Of a DNA stretch of 61,768 bases, positions 1 through 13,689 are shown in pieces. Source of the stretch: Octopus sinensis (Eukaryota); assembly GCF_006345805.1 (NCBI RefSeq), contig NW_021832410.1, positions 1-61,768 of the forward strand, in the 5' to 3' direction. The translations under genes and the position numbers were made by a program. The notes beneath the pieces were generated by a model that was not told the DNA's origin, did no database searches, and saw only the letters and a program-made list of their open reading frames with translations. Each line of letters opens with the position of its first letter. Positions within the stretch are counted from its first letter, which is position 1.

Positions 1-70
1 TATAATCTCAGGCCGACCAATGCCTTGTGAGTGGATTTGGTAGACGGAAACTGAAAAGCTCGTCGTGTAT
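1..70 (+). mobile_element. SINE family A, partial copy cut by the window edge
   Basis: ggccgaccaatgccttgtgagtggatttggtagacggaaactgaaa followed by (TA)n, as in other family A copies. Confidence 0.85.
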
Positions 71-80
71 ATATATATTA

Positions 81-130
<50 letters not shown>

Positions 131-1974
131 TATCTCATACAGACACATATATATATATATATATAAATATATCTTTGTATCTTTGTTAGAAACCAGCTCC
201 TTCTTCAAAGGAAGAGCTCAAATAGTTACAAAACAGAAGAGAACATTCACAAATATATGGTGATTGCCTGAAAGGGATAGTGACAGACACTTTCATCTCC
301 AGCCTTGGCTTGGTGAACATTTTCTTTTTCCATATGAAAAGGAAAATAAAGAAAGAGAAATGACTGTCGCACGGAATATTTCAGAAAAGATGGACGACTG
401 TAGCAAGAATGTTGAGAGTAAATGAACCTGTTTGAGCGAGAAATTAATGTCTACCAAAGGATTCAGTGTTGGAATGTGGTTTATGGGGTCGGCCACGTGC
501 CTCACTTCATGATTATGTTTTTTCATTCATTTTCGTTTCTCATCCGAATTTTCTACTTATTTATCATCGATTATATGTTCCATTCGTACTCCGACCCTTT
601 GTCTGTCCTTGTATCGTCCACTCTATATTTTGACCTTTATAGTTAATAAACAAATCACATACATGATGATTGCCTCGTCTTGTTAAACAATAGCTGTCTC
701 ACAATTGAATGATCATGAAACGGCTGGAATTGAATGACAAAAGCCTGTACAACATTTTCGCCGCTCTCTCAGTCACCATAGTAATTTCAATTGACAAGCA
801 TCGCAAGATGACCAGCAATGATCTTGACTGCAAGTTTTATGTCAGAGTATCTTTCTCCCTGAAGAACTCCCTACGCTACAACTTTGTCAAACATAATGGG
901 AGCCTCTTCAGCCCCTGCGAAATCTAGCTAACCCTTATATGGAACATTGTCTATCTTGTATGGAACTTTAACAGGTACTGCCGTTCTAGGTCAGAACGGA
1001 CTTGGTTGTAATGGCAATTAAGGGATGACTAGTTTCAATCCTGAGCTGGGATATCATCAACAATGGGTCACTGTGAATAAAGTATTTGTCAGTCTACAGG
1101 GTGGCACCTGCTTACAGAATAATGGACTGAGCCATTGTAAGTTAATTGTGTTTACAATTAAGTTCACTCAACTAACAGTTGTGTATTGTTGTTTATTACC
1201 TCCCCCCCCAAAAAAAACACCTAGCCGTGAACCAACAAATCTTATGATAAATGATATTCCGGGCACGACCATCCCGTCTTAGATTTTTTCTGCAATATCA
1301 GTATAAGTCATACATCATAACAAGCCCCACCTTCATCGTCATCGTCATCATGATAATCATAGTCATCATCATTTCCTGCACCCAAAACCACATCATCATC
1401 ATCATCACCCTCCTCATCGTCGTCATCATCACCACCATCATCATCATCATCATTATCATTACCACCACCACAACCATCATCACCACCACCATCACTATCA
1501 TCAATCATCAACGTCATCATCACCACCACCACCACCACCACCACTTTCATCAACATCGTATATTTTTTTCGCAGGAGTTTGTCCGTCAAGGAAAGAGATC
1601 TGGGCTGCTATTTCTAACTGAACGGTCGACCTGGTCCTCGAAGAAGCTGCTTTGTTAAGGTATATCCAATTATACTAAGATTGTTGTGCTTAATAACCGC
1701 CTAGGTGGGATTGGGTTGTGGAGAGTCTTGACTCAGGGCAAAAAAAACAAAACAACATAGGTGCTGCAACAGGATACGATCTAACCTCACTGAGAATCGA
1801 GTCATTGAGCGCAAAACTCGATTAAGACCCCACGGCCATCACCAGTCACTGTTCATTTGCAAAAGTACACGTCACCTTGCGGCGCTGTTGTGAGTTCAAA
1901 TTCCAGCCAGATCATCACTATCATTTTCATCACCAACAGCATCGCCGCCGCCGTCGTCATCATCATCATCATCA

Positions 1975-2017
<43 letters not shown>

Positions 2018-2763
2018 GACGTCGTCGTCGTTATGATTATCGTTATCACCGGATCATGGTCACTACTACTACCATTACCACCACCATCACTACCAACAAA
2101 ACAACAATACCACAGCCACCACTACCACCACCACCATCATCATCATCATCGTCATCATCGTAATCATCACTACTACTACTACTACCATCACGAACTTCTA
2201 CCACCAACATCATCATCATCAACATCACAACAATCAACATTACCGTAACGACCATCACATCACCATTACCGCCGCTGCCACCACTACTACTACTACTACT
2301 ACTACCTCCAGCAGCACCGCCACCGCCACTACCACCCCCGCCGCCACCACCGCCACCTTATATGTATTTTACGTTGCTTTTAATTACATTTCTCCCTGTG
2401 ATAACATCCAATTTATTGTGAAATCAGATTACATATCTCTGTCTCAGCTGTCCCGACGCCGCCTCCACCGGCACCCCCACCACCACCCCTACCACCACCA
2501 CCCCTACCACCACCACCCCAACCACCACCACCGCCACCACCACCAACAACGACAACAATACTACCACTGCGATAGAAACTATTATACTCCACCACAACCA
2601 CTACCATAATTTCCCTCACCAGAAACTACTACTACTACTACTACAACTACTACTACTACTACAGCATATACTAGTATACAGTACCACTAGCATACATCAC
2701 CGCTGCCACAATGAGCGGCATCAACAGTACCGCCGCCACCACCATCACTACTGCTACTACTAC

Positions 2764-2794
<31 letters not shown>

Positions 2795-2801
2795 GCTGCT
2801 G

Positions 2802-2832
<31 letters not shown>

Positions 2833-3339
2833 AACTACAATTACTACTGCTGCTACCACCACCACCACCACCACTACGACTGCTACTACTACTACTATTA
2901 CTACTACTACAACTACAACAACAACAACTACTACAACTTCTACTACATAGAGAGAGAGAGAGTATGTGTGTGTGGTGTATTTAAATTCGTTCGAACGACT
3001 TCTTAGAAATAGCAGTCAAATACCATCAAGTGATAGCCTCTTCCATTTTTGAAAGAAAAAAAACGTAACAAAAATATTGCGAAGAACACACGAACACATG
3101 TTTGATAACGTAGTCCTAGATACACATAGACAAAGGCGGGATCGGCATGGCTGGGCTGTCTTTGGCTCATTAAACTGCTCCAACGGTACACAGACCTGGA
3201 GCGAAACACCAATTATTCTACTTCTACTACTACTACTAATACTAATACTACTGCGACTACTACTTGCTGCTGACGATGATAATGATGATACAGTTACTAA
3301 TAGGACTGCTATGCTGATGATGATGATACTACTACTACT

Positions 3340-3370
<31 letters not shown>

Positions 3371-3622
3371 TACTACTGCTACTACTACTATCTCCACCTT
3401 ACTACATCTACTCTCACTACTACTCAAGCCAACCCCTCCAACCATCTGTTTCTTGCTTTTCCTCATGTCTCTATTGCGTTCGTTCTGATTTTGTACTTTC
3501 ACTTTCACCATGTGTATCTATGTTTACGTGTACACCTACATCTATGTATGTGTGTATGCATATCTATCTCCCTCCCTACCTACCTACCTACCTACCTACC
3601 TACCTACCTACCTACCTACCTG

Positions 3623-3655
<33 letters not shown>

Positions 3656-4533
3656 TCTTTCTTTCTCTCTCTTTTTCTCTCTACCCTCAATATACGTATA
3701 CATTTTTTTATCTGTTGTTTATGGACAATGCATTTTTTCATCTAAGTGTGTGTATATATATATGTATATATATATATATACAGACACACACACATACATA
3801 AGTGTGCGTGTGTGTGTGTGTAAAATTATGTGCATACCTACATTTATGTGTGTAATGGATATGCATCTATATGGATGTGTACGTATATATATGTTTATAT
3901 ATGTGTGTGCGCGTGTATCATTGTCTGTGTTTATTATGTATGTGAATTTTGAGCTTATAATGAAGTCTGTTTTTGGGTCTGTACGTGAGCGTGTGTATGC
4001 GTGCATATGTGTGTGTGTGTGTGTATGCGTGCATGGTGTGTGTGTGTGTGTTTGAGAGAGAGAGAGAGAGAGAGCGTGCGCATTATATATATTATATATC
4101 TGTATGTGTGTGTGAGTGTGTATATACATATATATATTCATAACTGAATATAGATGCATGTTTCTCACTGCTCGACTATATGTAGTGACGGACACACACA
4201 TACAAACACACACGCACTTATATGTGTGTGTATCTGTGTGTGTGTGTGTGTATGTATCATGAGTATGTGTGAACAGTTGTGAAAAATGTTTCCGTAGTTG
4301 CGCATGCGCATAGGCATGCCAACATGCGTTTTACGCGCGCATAAATCGATAAAACAAGCGCACGTACATTGCACGCGTGTACGTGTTGCAAGGGTGGGAG
4401 GCAAGATACTTTTGTGTATAATGGGTGTGTGTGTGCGCGCGCAGGAGTATGTGCGTGGTGTGTATATATTGGTAGATATAGATTATATGATGTGTATGTA
4501 TGTATGTAGAAAACAACGCGTAATGTAATCATA

Positions 4534-4649
4534 CATGTGTCTCTGTGTGCTCCTTGCATGCGTAGAAATGCCGCCACCAAGCACGTCCACATCCCTATTC
4601 CGACACCACCACCACCACCACAACCAGCACCACCACCTATCATCATCAC

Positions 4650-4681
<32 letters not shown>

Positions 4682-4894
4682 ATCATCACCATCATCATCC
4701 TCATCATCACCATCATTATCATCATCATCATCACCACCACCATCATCACCGTCAACATCATCATCACCACCATCACACAACCTACACAACCATCATCATC
4801 ATCATCATCATCATCACCACCATCATCATCATCACCACCACCACCACCACCACCACCACCACCACATCATCATCATGTGTCTTTGTGTGCTCCT
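4534..4894 (+). mobile_element. 319-bp insertion (unique head + CAY triplet body) flanked by a 21-bp direct repeat
   Basis: catgtgtctctgtgtgctcct (4534-4554) and catgtgtctttgtgtgctcct (4874-4894); head homologous to 7230-7289. Confidence 0.6.
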
Positions 4895-4972
4895 GTTCTG
4901 TTATGTATATGTGTTTATCGTTGATTGTGTATATGTAAATATATGTGTCTGTATGTATATATATATATACGA

Positions 4973-5005
<33 letters not shown>

Positions 5006-5544
5006 TATATATATATATAACACACATACATGTATGTGCACGTAGCTTTCTCGAGTAAAAACAATACATATGAAGACACACGTATATACACTAATCACAT
5101 ACACACGTATACAGAATACATAATGTATGTAACAGACAAATGTATATTTATATATAGATATGCTCGTCTATTTTTAGACGTTTGTGTATGTGCATGCGCG
5201 AAAAAATAGATTTTTGGACCTATTTTCACATACGTACGTGTATGTGTAATTGTGTGTGTGTGTGTCTGTGTGTGTGCATGTGTGTGTGTGTGTGTTTGTG
5301 TGTGTTTGTGCGTGTGTATATGGTGGTGTTAGAAGAATGGACTTAACACGTTGCCTGGTTTAACCCCATTAAGCTGGATGTTAAGTCGGTCACTCCAAGC
5401 CTTGTTTCAGGTCTATTTTCCACCCTGGGTATATATAAAATAACAGTAACCCCGATTCTTTTTTGTTTTTTTTTACTCCCACAAATATCGGACACCCTTT
5501 TAAAAGGGCACGTGTTACGGCCTTCCCTTTTTCTAATTAATTCA

Positions 5545-5729
5545 ATATGTGCATATATTAACATATATACATAAAACACATTTACACAAATATGTATATA
5601 CATACACCACACATACATACACACACATACATACATGCATACATACATACATGTATATATAGATACATACATACACACACATATATACATGCATGCATGC
5701 ATACATACATACATACATACATACATACA

Positions 5730-5763
<34 letters not shown>

Positions 5764-5882
5764 CATATGTTACATACTCTCAAGGCCGTATATCTTGCGT
5801 ATAATTTCAATGGAAATCTAAAAAATAAACGTATATGTATATAGATATATGTATATATATGTAGCGTATATGTATATATATG

Positions 5883-5915
<33 letters not shown>

Positions 5916-6416
5916 TATATATTGTGTCATAGGAGTGTGTTTCCGAGCAGACGACCCTCAGAAATCGGTTTTTCGAGTATAAACATGGAATTTCTGCGCT
6001 GTTTCTAGACACAATACGACGTTGGTCTGGCTTAATTCATGACTTCCGAGTATATATAAATAGAGTTGTAGAACAAATAATGATCAGATTATATCAGGAT
6101 AGTGTAAGAATAGATTTATTAGAAAGATTATAACTATTTTTGGTGAGTATAGTGCGCTCGTCCATTATACACAATATATGCGGCCTTGAGAGTATGTATG
6201 TATGTATGTATGTATGTATGTATGTATGCGTGTATGTATGTATGTATGTATGTATGTATGTATGTATGTATGTACGTACGTACGTATGTACGTACGTATT
6301 TATGTATGCATGCATGTATGTATGTATACATGTATGTATGTGTGTATGTGTGGGTGTATGTATATATATATTTGTGTAAACGTGTTTTATGTATATATGT
6401 TAATATATGCACATAT
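5545..6416. repeat. Long inverted repeat, ~255-bp arms, 358-bp spacer
   Basis: Arms 5545-5805 and 6164-6416; non-microsatellite blocks match (outer ~49 nt, 1 mismatch; inner 34 nt, 3 mismatches). Confidence 0.9.
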
Positions 6417-6455
6417 ATGAACCTTAATTTATCCATCTATCTATCTCTCTCTCTC

Positions 6456-6487
<32 letters not shown>

Positions 6488-6793
6488 CTAATTATCTATC
6501 TGTCTGTGTATGCACTAACTCTCTCTCTCTCTCTCTCTTTCTCACATACATACACTCACACAGACAGACAGACAGACAGACAGACAGATAGATAGATAGA
6601 TAGATAGATAGATAGTTAGAGGGATAGATAGATTTGATAGAGAATCATCGACGAAGAGAAAGATGGAGAAGAGACAGAGAAGATAGGTCGACAGATGTAC
6701 CTACTACCGTTTCCATAAAAGGGAGCTATATAAAATAACAAGGCTATATGCATATCCACACAAGCACGTGTGCGCGTTGGTAGATATATATAT

Positions 6794-6868
<75 letters not shown>

Positions 6869-6914
6869 CCTATTATATATACATATATAATATATACATA
6901 TATATATACATATA

Positions 6915-6981
<67 letters not shown>

Positions 6982-7279
6982 TACACACAGTATATATATA
7001 TATATGTATATAATATATATATTATACACGTATCTGCCAACTATTTCATTCAAAATAATCAAACCTTCACGTTTGTACAATTTTTTCCTTGCATGCACCG
7101 CCCCCCACCAACACACACACACACACACATACATATTTGCATGCATGCACAAGCACACACGTATACAAACATGCATGCACACGTGTACATACATACACAC
7201 TAACTTACATGCACGCATGCATGCATGTATGCATGCATAGAAATGCCGCCACCAAGCACGTCTACATCCTTTATTCCTA

Positions 7280-7547
7280 CACCACCACCTCCTTCGCCAC
7301 CACCACTAACACAACCAGCACCATCATCACCATCATCATCATCGTCATCACCATCACCATCACCATCATCGTCACATCATCATCATCACCATCATCATCC
7401 ATCATCACCGTCATCACCATCATCATCATCGTCATCACCATCACCATCACCATCATCGTCACCATCATCACCCATCATCTCATCATCATCACCCCATCAT
7501 CCACCATCATCATCATCATCATCATCATCATCACCACCATCATCACC

Positions 7548-7580
<33 letters not shown>

Positions 7581-7964
7581 ATCATCATCGTCATCACCAT
7601 CACCATCACCATCATCGTCACCATCATCACCATCATCATCATCATCATCACCACCATCATCACCATCATCATCATCGTCATCACCATCACCATCACCATC
7701 ATCATCACCATCATCATCATCATCACCACCATCATCACCATCATCATCATCACCATCATCACCATCATCATCACCATCATCATCACCATCATCATCACCA
7801 TCATCATCATCATCATCACCACCATCATCACCATCATCATCATCGTCATCACCATCACCATCATCATCACCATCATCATCATCGTCATCACCATCACCAT
7901 CACCATCACCATCATCGTCACCATCATCATCACCATCATCATCATCATCATCACCACCATCATC

Positions 7965-7997
<33 letters not shown>

Positions 7998-8125
7998 ACC
8001 ATCATCATCATCGTCATCACCACCACCACCACCACCACCACCACCTCCTCCACCACCACCACCACCATCATCACCATTACCATCATCATCATCATCATCG
8101 TCATCACCATCATCATCGTCATCGT
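7280..8125. repeat. ~850-bp compound (CAT/CAC/CGT)n triplet tract
   Basis: Direct reading. Similar tracts at 1300-1557, 1905-2360, 4600-4875, 29483-29600 and 53630-54465. Confidence 0.97.
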
Positions 8126-8660
8126 CCTCATTACTATTATTACATAGAATTCACCCCTCCCCCTTTCACACCCATTTTCTCTTACGTCAATGAAAGCTGT
8201 TGATAGTCGTTGTCATAGTGTACAGCTGAGCTGTTGCCTTGTATTATACAATGTGTGTGTGTGTATATATATATATACACACAAATATATATATATACAA
8301 ATATATTATATGTGCATGCATATGTGCATAATTGCATGTATATGTGACGTGCATCAAGTGTTTATGCGTGCACACATACACACGTGCACTTGTGTGTATA
8401 TGTGTGTGTGTGTATATATGCGTGTGTGTATATGTGTGTGTGTGTGGTGCGTTTGTAGTGCGTATGTATATGAGCGCTTTTGTTATACTACTCATGAGTA
8501 TGTGTGTGCATATAAATATATACATATATATACATATGTATTACATACATACATACATATATATATATATGTGTGTGTGTGTATAACACATACATATGCA
8601 TGTCCTCTTGTTTGCTGTTGTATTTTCAAATGGTCGTTTATTATATATATATACACATAC

Positions 8661-8693
<33 letters not shown>

Positions 8694-8744
8694 ATATATA
8701 TTATATATATATATATATATACATATATACAGATAGATAGGTAG

Positions 8745-8831
<87 letters not shown>

Positions 8832-8877
8832 TGTATTCCCATAGATTCATAATGAACATATGTATTTATATATATAT

Positions 8878-9236
8878 GACCACATGGTTCCGGGTTCAGT
8901 CCCACTGCGTGGCATCTTGGGCAAGTGTCTTCTACTCTAGCCTCGGGCCGACCAATGCCTTGTGAGTGGATTTTGGTAGACGGAAACTGAAAGAAGCCTG
9001 TTGTATATATGTATATATATATGTGTGTGTGTTTGTGCGTCTGTGTTTGTCCCCCTAGCATTGCTTGACAACCGATGCGGGTGTGTTTACGTCCCCGTTA
9101 CTTAGCGGTTCGGCAAAAAAGAGACCGATAGAATAAGTACTGGGCTTACAAAGAATAAGTGCCGGGGTTGACTTGCTCGACTAAAGGCGGTGCTCCAGCA
9201 TGGCCGCAGTCAAATGACTGAAACAAGTAAAAGAGA
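8878..9236 (+). mobile_element. SINE family A (tRNA-like head, central microsatellite, LINE-derived tail)
   Basis: B-box-like ggttcagtccc; conserved body gtgagtggatttt/ggtagacggaaactgaaagaagc; tail ggcggtgctccagcatggccgcagtcaaatgactgaaacaagtaaaagag. Confidence 0.9.
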
Positions 9237-9559
9237 ATATATATATATACGTGTGTGTGTGTATTTATGTATGTGCATATAGAGGAATTAACCGCAACAA
9301 AGAAACCGCACCCCCGAATCAGGGTCACAAGAAGCGACGGCGAGCAACCGTGGCAGATGTCACTTCGAGGGTAATGATTTCCATTCGATGTATGATCTTC
9401 ATTTGGCCAAACGCTACAAGACACAGTGTGGACGGAAGAACCTTTTTGGCCAACGGTCAGTCTAGGTTCAACCGACTAATCATCATCTCTTTTTGACAAT
9501 TTAGGAACACTTTGGATTTCTGAATCCTGACCAGAGGTGGTAGTAGTGATGGTGGTAGC

Positions 9560-9605
<46 letters not shown>

Positions 9606-9708
9606 ATAGTAGTAGTAGTAAGTAGTAGTAGTAGTAGTAGTAGTAGTTGGTTTTGTTGTTGTTGTTAGTATGCATATTCATTAAAGTGTATACGTGAATA
9701 ATATACAA

Positions 9709-9864
9709 GGCGTGGCTGTGTGGTAAGGAGTTGGTAACCAATCACATGGTTTCGAGTTCAGTCCCACTGTGCGGCACCTTGGGCAAGTGTCTTCTACTAT
9801 AGCCTTGAGTCGACCAAAGCCTTGTGAGTGGATTTGGTAGACGGAAACTGAAAGACGCCCGCCG

Positions 9865-9962
<98 letters not shown>

Positions 9963-10145
9963 TTATATATTGTGCATATGTGTGTTATGTTTTGTGTCTC
10001 TTTCCCCCCACAATCGCTTGACAATCGATGCTGGTATGTTTACATTCCTGTAACCTAGCAGTTCGACAAAAAGAGACCGATAGAATAATAAGTAATAGGC
10101 TTGCAAAGCCAAAGTTCTGGGGTCGATTTGTTCGACTAAAGGCGG
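9709..10145 (+). mobile_element. SINE family A
   Basis: A-box-like tggctgtgtgg, B-box-like gttcagtccc, ~110-bp central TA/TG tract, 3' body. Confidence 0.9.
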
Positions 10146-10448
10146 CTAGGCCTGGTCCGGCATACCTATACAGCAGAACTTATTCCAACCGTGACCATCA
10201 CTGTCACTTTCATAAGCAACGCAGTATCCTGTTTCTATGGAAGACGGGGATTAGAGAGAGAGAGAGAGAGAGAGAGAAGGTGGGAGACAAAGAAAGGTAT
10301 TTGGGTGTTATTTCTGACCGGGAACGCATCCGCCTACTGTTTCCCCTTTATATGTATCTATACATGTGTATATATATATATATATGCGTGTGGTATATAT
10401 AGTGTGTATATATGTATATGAAACATGTATATATATATATATATATAT

Positions 10449-10500
<52 letters not shown>

Positions 10501-10826
10501 TATATATGCATATATGTATCTAACATGTATGTATACACACACCTGTATAAATAACATACCTGCACTGCATTCACTTGTACAGACAAAAATCATTCATGCA
10601 TAGAAAGTTTAATGTATGTTAATTAATATACACCGCAAAACAATGCTGTACAACATCGCATATTATCCAATATATACATATACGCACACAGAACGTACCC
10701 ACACAGGTACACTCACACGCGTGCACATATATTTATATATATATATATATATATATATTCTGTTGTTGTTGAATTCGTCAACACACGAACTCATATAAAG
10801 AATCTTGCAAACCAAATTCAAAAACG

Positions 10827-10860
<34 letters not shown>

Positions 10861-11038
10861 TGGAGTATATGTGCCACTTAAATGTGGCTAGCCCCTAAGG
10901 GTGGATGCTACTGTAGCTTGTAGCCCCAAGAGGGCACCTCCTCCAGCTGGCTATTGACACACTTTCTGTGATCTATCAGTATTTGTAAAGGGAAGCCATC
11001 CTTACCATCTCCAACCTGACATGATACACACGGCCCCG

Positions 11039-11077
<39 letters not shown>

Positions 11078-11499
11078 TATACACATACGTGTGTATACTT
11101 GTATATACATGTAATAATGTAATACTTGTATATACATGTAAAAACATGCTTGTAACCTACGTGGACTTGTCCATAATTAATATTGATGCATACAGATCGC
11201 AAAACTACATACACGCTTACGCACACATTCACACGTGCCTTTACACACACACACACACACGTATCAACAATGAAGCTACTGCTAGACATAGCAACCAAAT
11301 CGCCTGCCAACCACAGTCTAGCTTGTCAAAGGAAAGAAGGGCACATTGAACAATCTTACTGTAGTTCTACAAAGGAGCACGGTGGTCACAGATGAAACGC
11401 CATTGATCAAAGGTCTGCTGAAGCTGGAATGACCTAGGGTTAAAACAACAACAACAACAGCAGCAGCAGCAGCTTGTACGATTCGCTAAGTGAGACCTC

Positions 11500-11670
11500 G
11501 ACTAGCTGGAAATAGCAGCCAAATATCTTACACATCATATTCTGATAGGAAAACATGTGGCATAATGTAGTCCTAGATACACTGCGAAAGATGGACGAGA
11601 TGGTCACGGTTGAAGTGGTCTTTGATCATACCATCTGCTCGTTCTAGTTTAGGTTAGCCTCGGGGTAAGG
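11500..11670 (+). repeat. Repeat family F (unclassified, SINE-like; some copies end in (AAC)n)
   Basis: gaaatagcagccaaat ... ataatgtagtcctaga ... gatggtca ... tttgatcata. Related pieces at ~3000-3190, 11330-11460, 14860-15035 (-), 35335-35520 and 35630-35750. Confidence 0.6.
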
Positions 11671-12024
11671 CACTGCATGACACCACACACACACACACAC
11701 TAAACATAAATATATACATACATACATGTATGTATGTATGTATGTATCTATGTATCTATCTATCTATCTATCTATCTATTTCCATATATGCACACACACA
11801 TGTGTATATATGCGTGTGAGTGTGTGTGTATAGGTGCCTGTTGGTATACGCAGAGCATGGAGATATCTATTCTTCTGGCTGGTATGTACAGTTGGCTGCT
11901 ATTTCTTGCAGTCCGTGTGACCGCATGGAAGATCCTCCCTGTCTCACCTTGTTGGCACACCGTGTCGTCGTGTAGTGGTGACATGGGCGTGATTACGAGG
12001 GTGGGCGAGGCGAGTGGTGTTATT

Positions 12025-12197
12025 TGATGCTTGTTGTAGTTGTAGTGGTGGTAGTGGTCGTTGTAGTAGTAGTAGTAGTAGTAATAGGAGTGGTAGTAGT
12101 GGTGGCGGTAGTTGTAGTAGTAGTAATAGTGGTAGCAGTTGTAGTAGTGTAGTGCTGGTGGCGGTAGTAGTAGTGATGGTGGTGGTGGTTGTAGTTA

Positions 12198-12233
<36 letters not shown>

Positions 12234-12395
12234 CAGTTATAGTAGTGTAGTGGTGGTGGTAGCAGTTGTAGTAGTGTAGTGGTGGTGGTGGTAGTTGTAG
12301 TAGTAGTGGTGGTGGTAATTGTAGTAGTAGTAGTGGTCGTATTGGTGGTGGTGGTTGTTGTAGTAGTTGTAGTAGTGGTAGTGGTCGTCATCGTC
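12025..12395. repeat. Compound (GTA/GTG)n triplet tract
   Basis: Direct reading; opposite-strand equivalent at 2615-2945. Confidence 0.95.
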
Positions 12396-13689
12396 GTTGT
12401 AGCTGCTTTTGTTTAGCTCCTGGCTGCAAGAAAGCGCTCCGGCCATGGCCATCTCGTCTGATATTCATAGGTAGTGCACGTAGCACTACAAAATACCTTT
12501 AAACATCTCGTTTCTTCTTTGCTGCTGCTGCTGTTGTTTAGCCCTGAGTCATAACTGATCCATTTGGCGACCGCAAAGATCATCATAAAAGCCTTGTTGC
12601 GGCTCAGCAACACCACCATGGCCACCACCACCGCTACAATACCCGCACACTACCACCAGAGCCAATACCACACCACATACCACTCTGCTACTACGTCATA
12701 CACATCAATACTGTAACACAATCACTACAAAACTACCACGGGTACCACTACACAACGCCACCACTACCACCTATACTATATACTACATCGTTATTACACT
12801 ACTAAACCACTACGACCTATACTACAATAGTATCACTGCTACATCACCACCATGCCACTGTCGCCAACACTTCAACACCTCTACACAGCTATCACTTGTA
12901 CTATAATACTACCACCCATACTACAACACAGTTACTACACCCCTACTTCTACATATACTACATTATCACTACAACTTTAGTACTACTACCAATGCTGCCT
13001 CCAATAACACAACTTCACACCACCATTCCTATACTACCAACACCACTACAACCTCTACAACAACACTACCACCGATACTACAACACAATTAGTACACCTC
13101 TACTACTACATATACTACAACATTATCACCACAACTTTAATACTACCACCTACACTATAATGCCACAGTACCTCCAGTGCATCTAATCTTACACCACCTT
13201 CACCACTACAACACTGCCTCCAGTACTGCAACTTCACACCTCGACTGCTTTACCACCACTATCACTACTACCTATGCTACAATTCCACTATGAGACCAAT
13301 TCCCATAATAATTCTAAATGGTGCTGATCTATTTATAGAATTCTCTGACGTATTTAATTGTGTATGTGTGTGTGTGTGCATGAGTGTGTGTGTGTGAGGA
13401 TGTAACTGAGTGTGCATGCGTAAGTGCGTGTGTGTGTAGTTTTATCGCTGTGTGTAATTGTGAAGTGCGATTCTTTCGGGTTTTATGTCATTCTATGTGT
13501 GTAGATGTGTGTGTGTATGTGTCTGTATGTATTCGTGTGTTGTGTGTGTGCGGGTGGAGCTGTGTGTGTGTATACGTGTGTATTTGTGCACTTGTATGCG
13601 AATGTGTGTAAGTGAATCTTTGTGTATGTCTGCCTGCCTGTCTGCCTGTCTGTTGTGTGGTTAGCATGTGATTTTGTGTATGGCATTGT

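Noticed and set aside
1575-1659. Exon-like segment (tttttttcgcag|...AAG|gtatat)
   Set aside because: Stops in all three frames, and it overlaps the reverse of the family F motif (ctgctatttct). A UTR exon cannot be excluded but nothing supports it.
3077-3745. 222-aa ORF with hydrophobic runs suggesting a membrane protein
   Set aside because: A concatenation of a family F repeat fragment and CTA, CCTA and CTAT microsatellites.
7089-8193. 352-aa and 322-aa ORFs (poly-I/T and poly-S/P), the longest in the track
   Set aside because: They are translations of a CAT/CAC triplet tract that cannot contain stops in these frames. No splice sites or non-repetitive coding content.
8878-8950. tRNA genes suggested by A/B-box-like motifs here and in other SINE heads
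   Set aside because: No complete cloverleaf or acceptor stem; each runs into a conserved SINE body.
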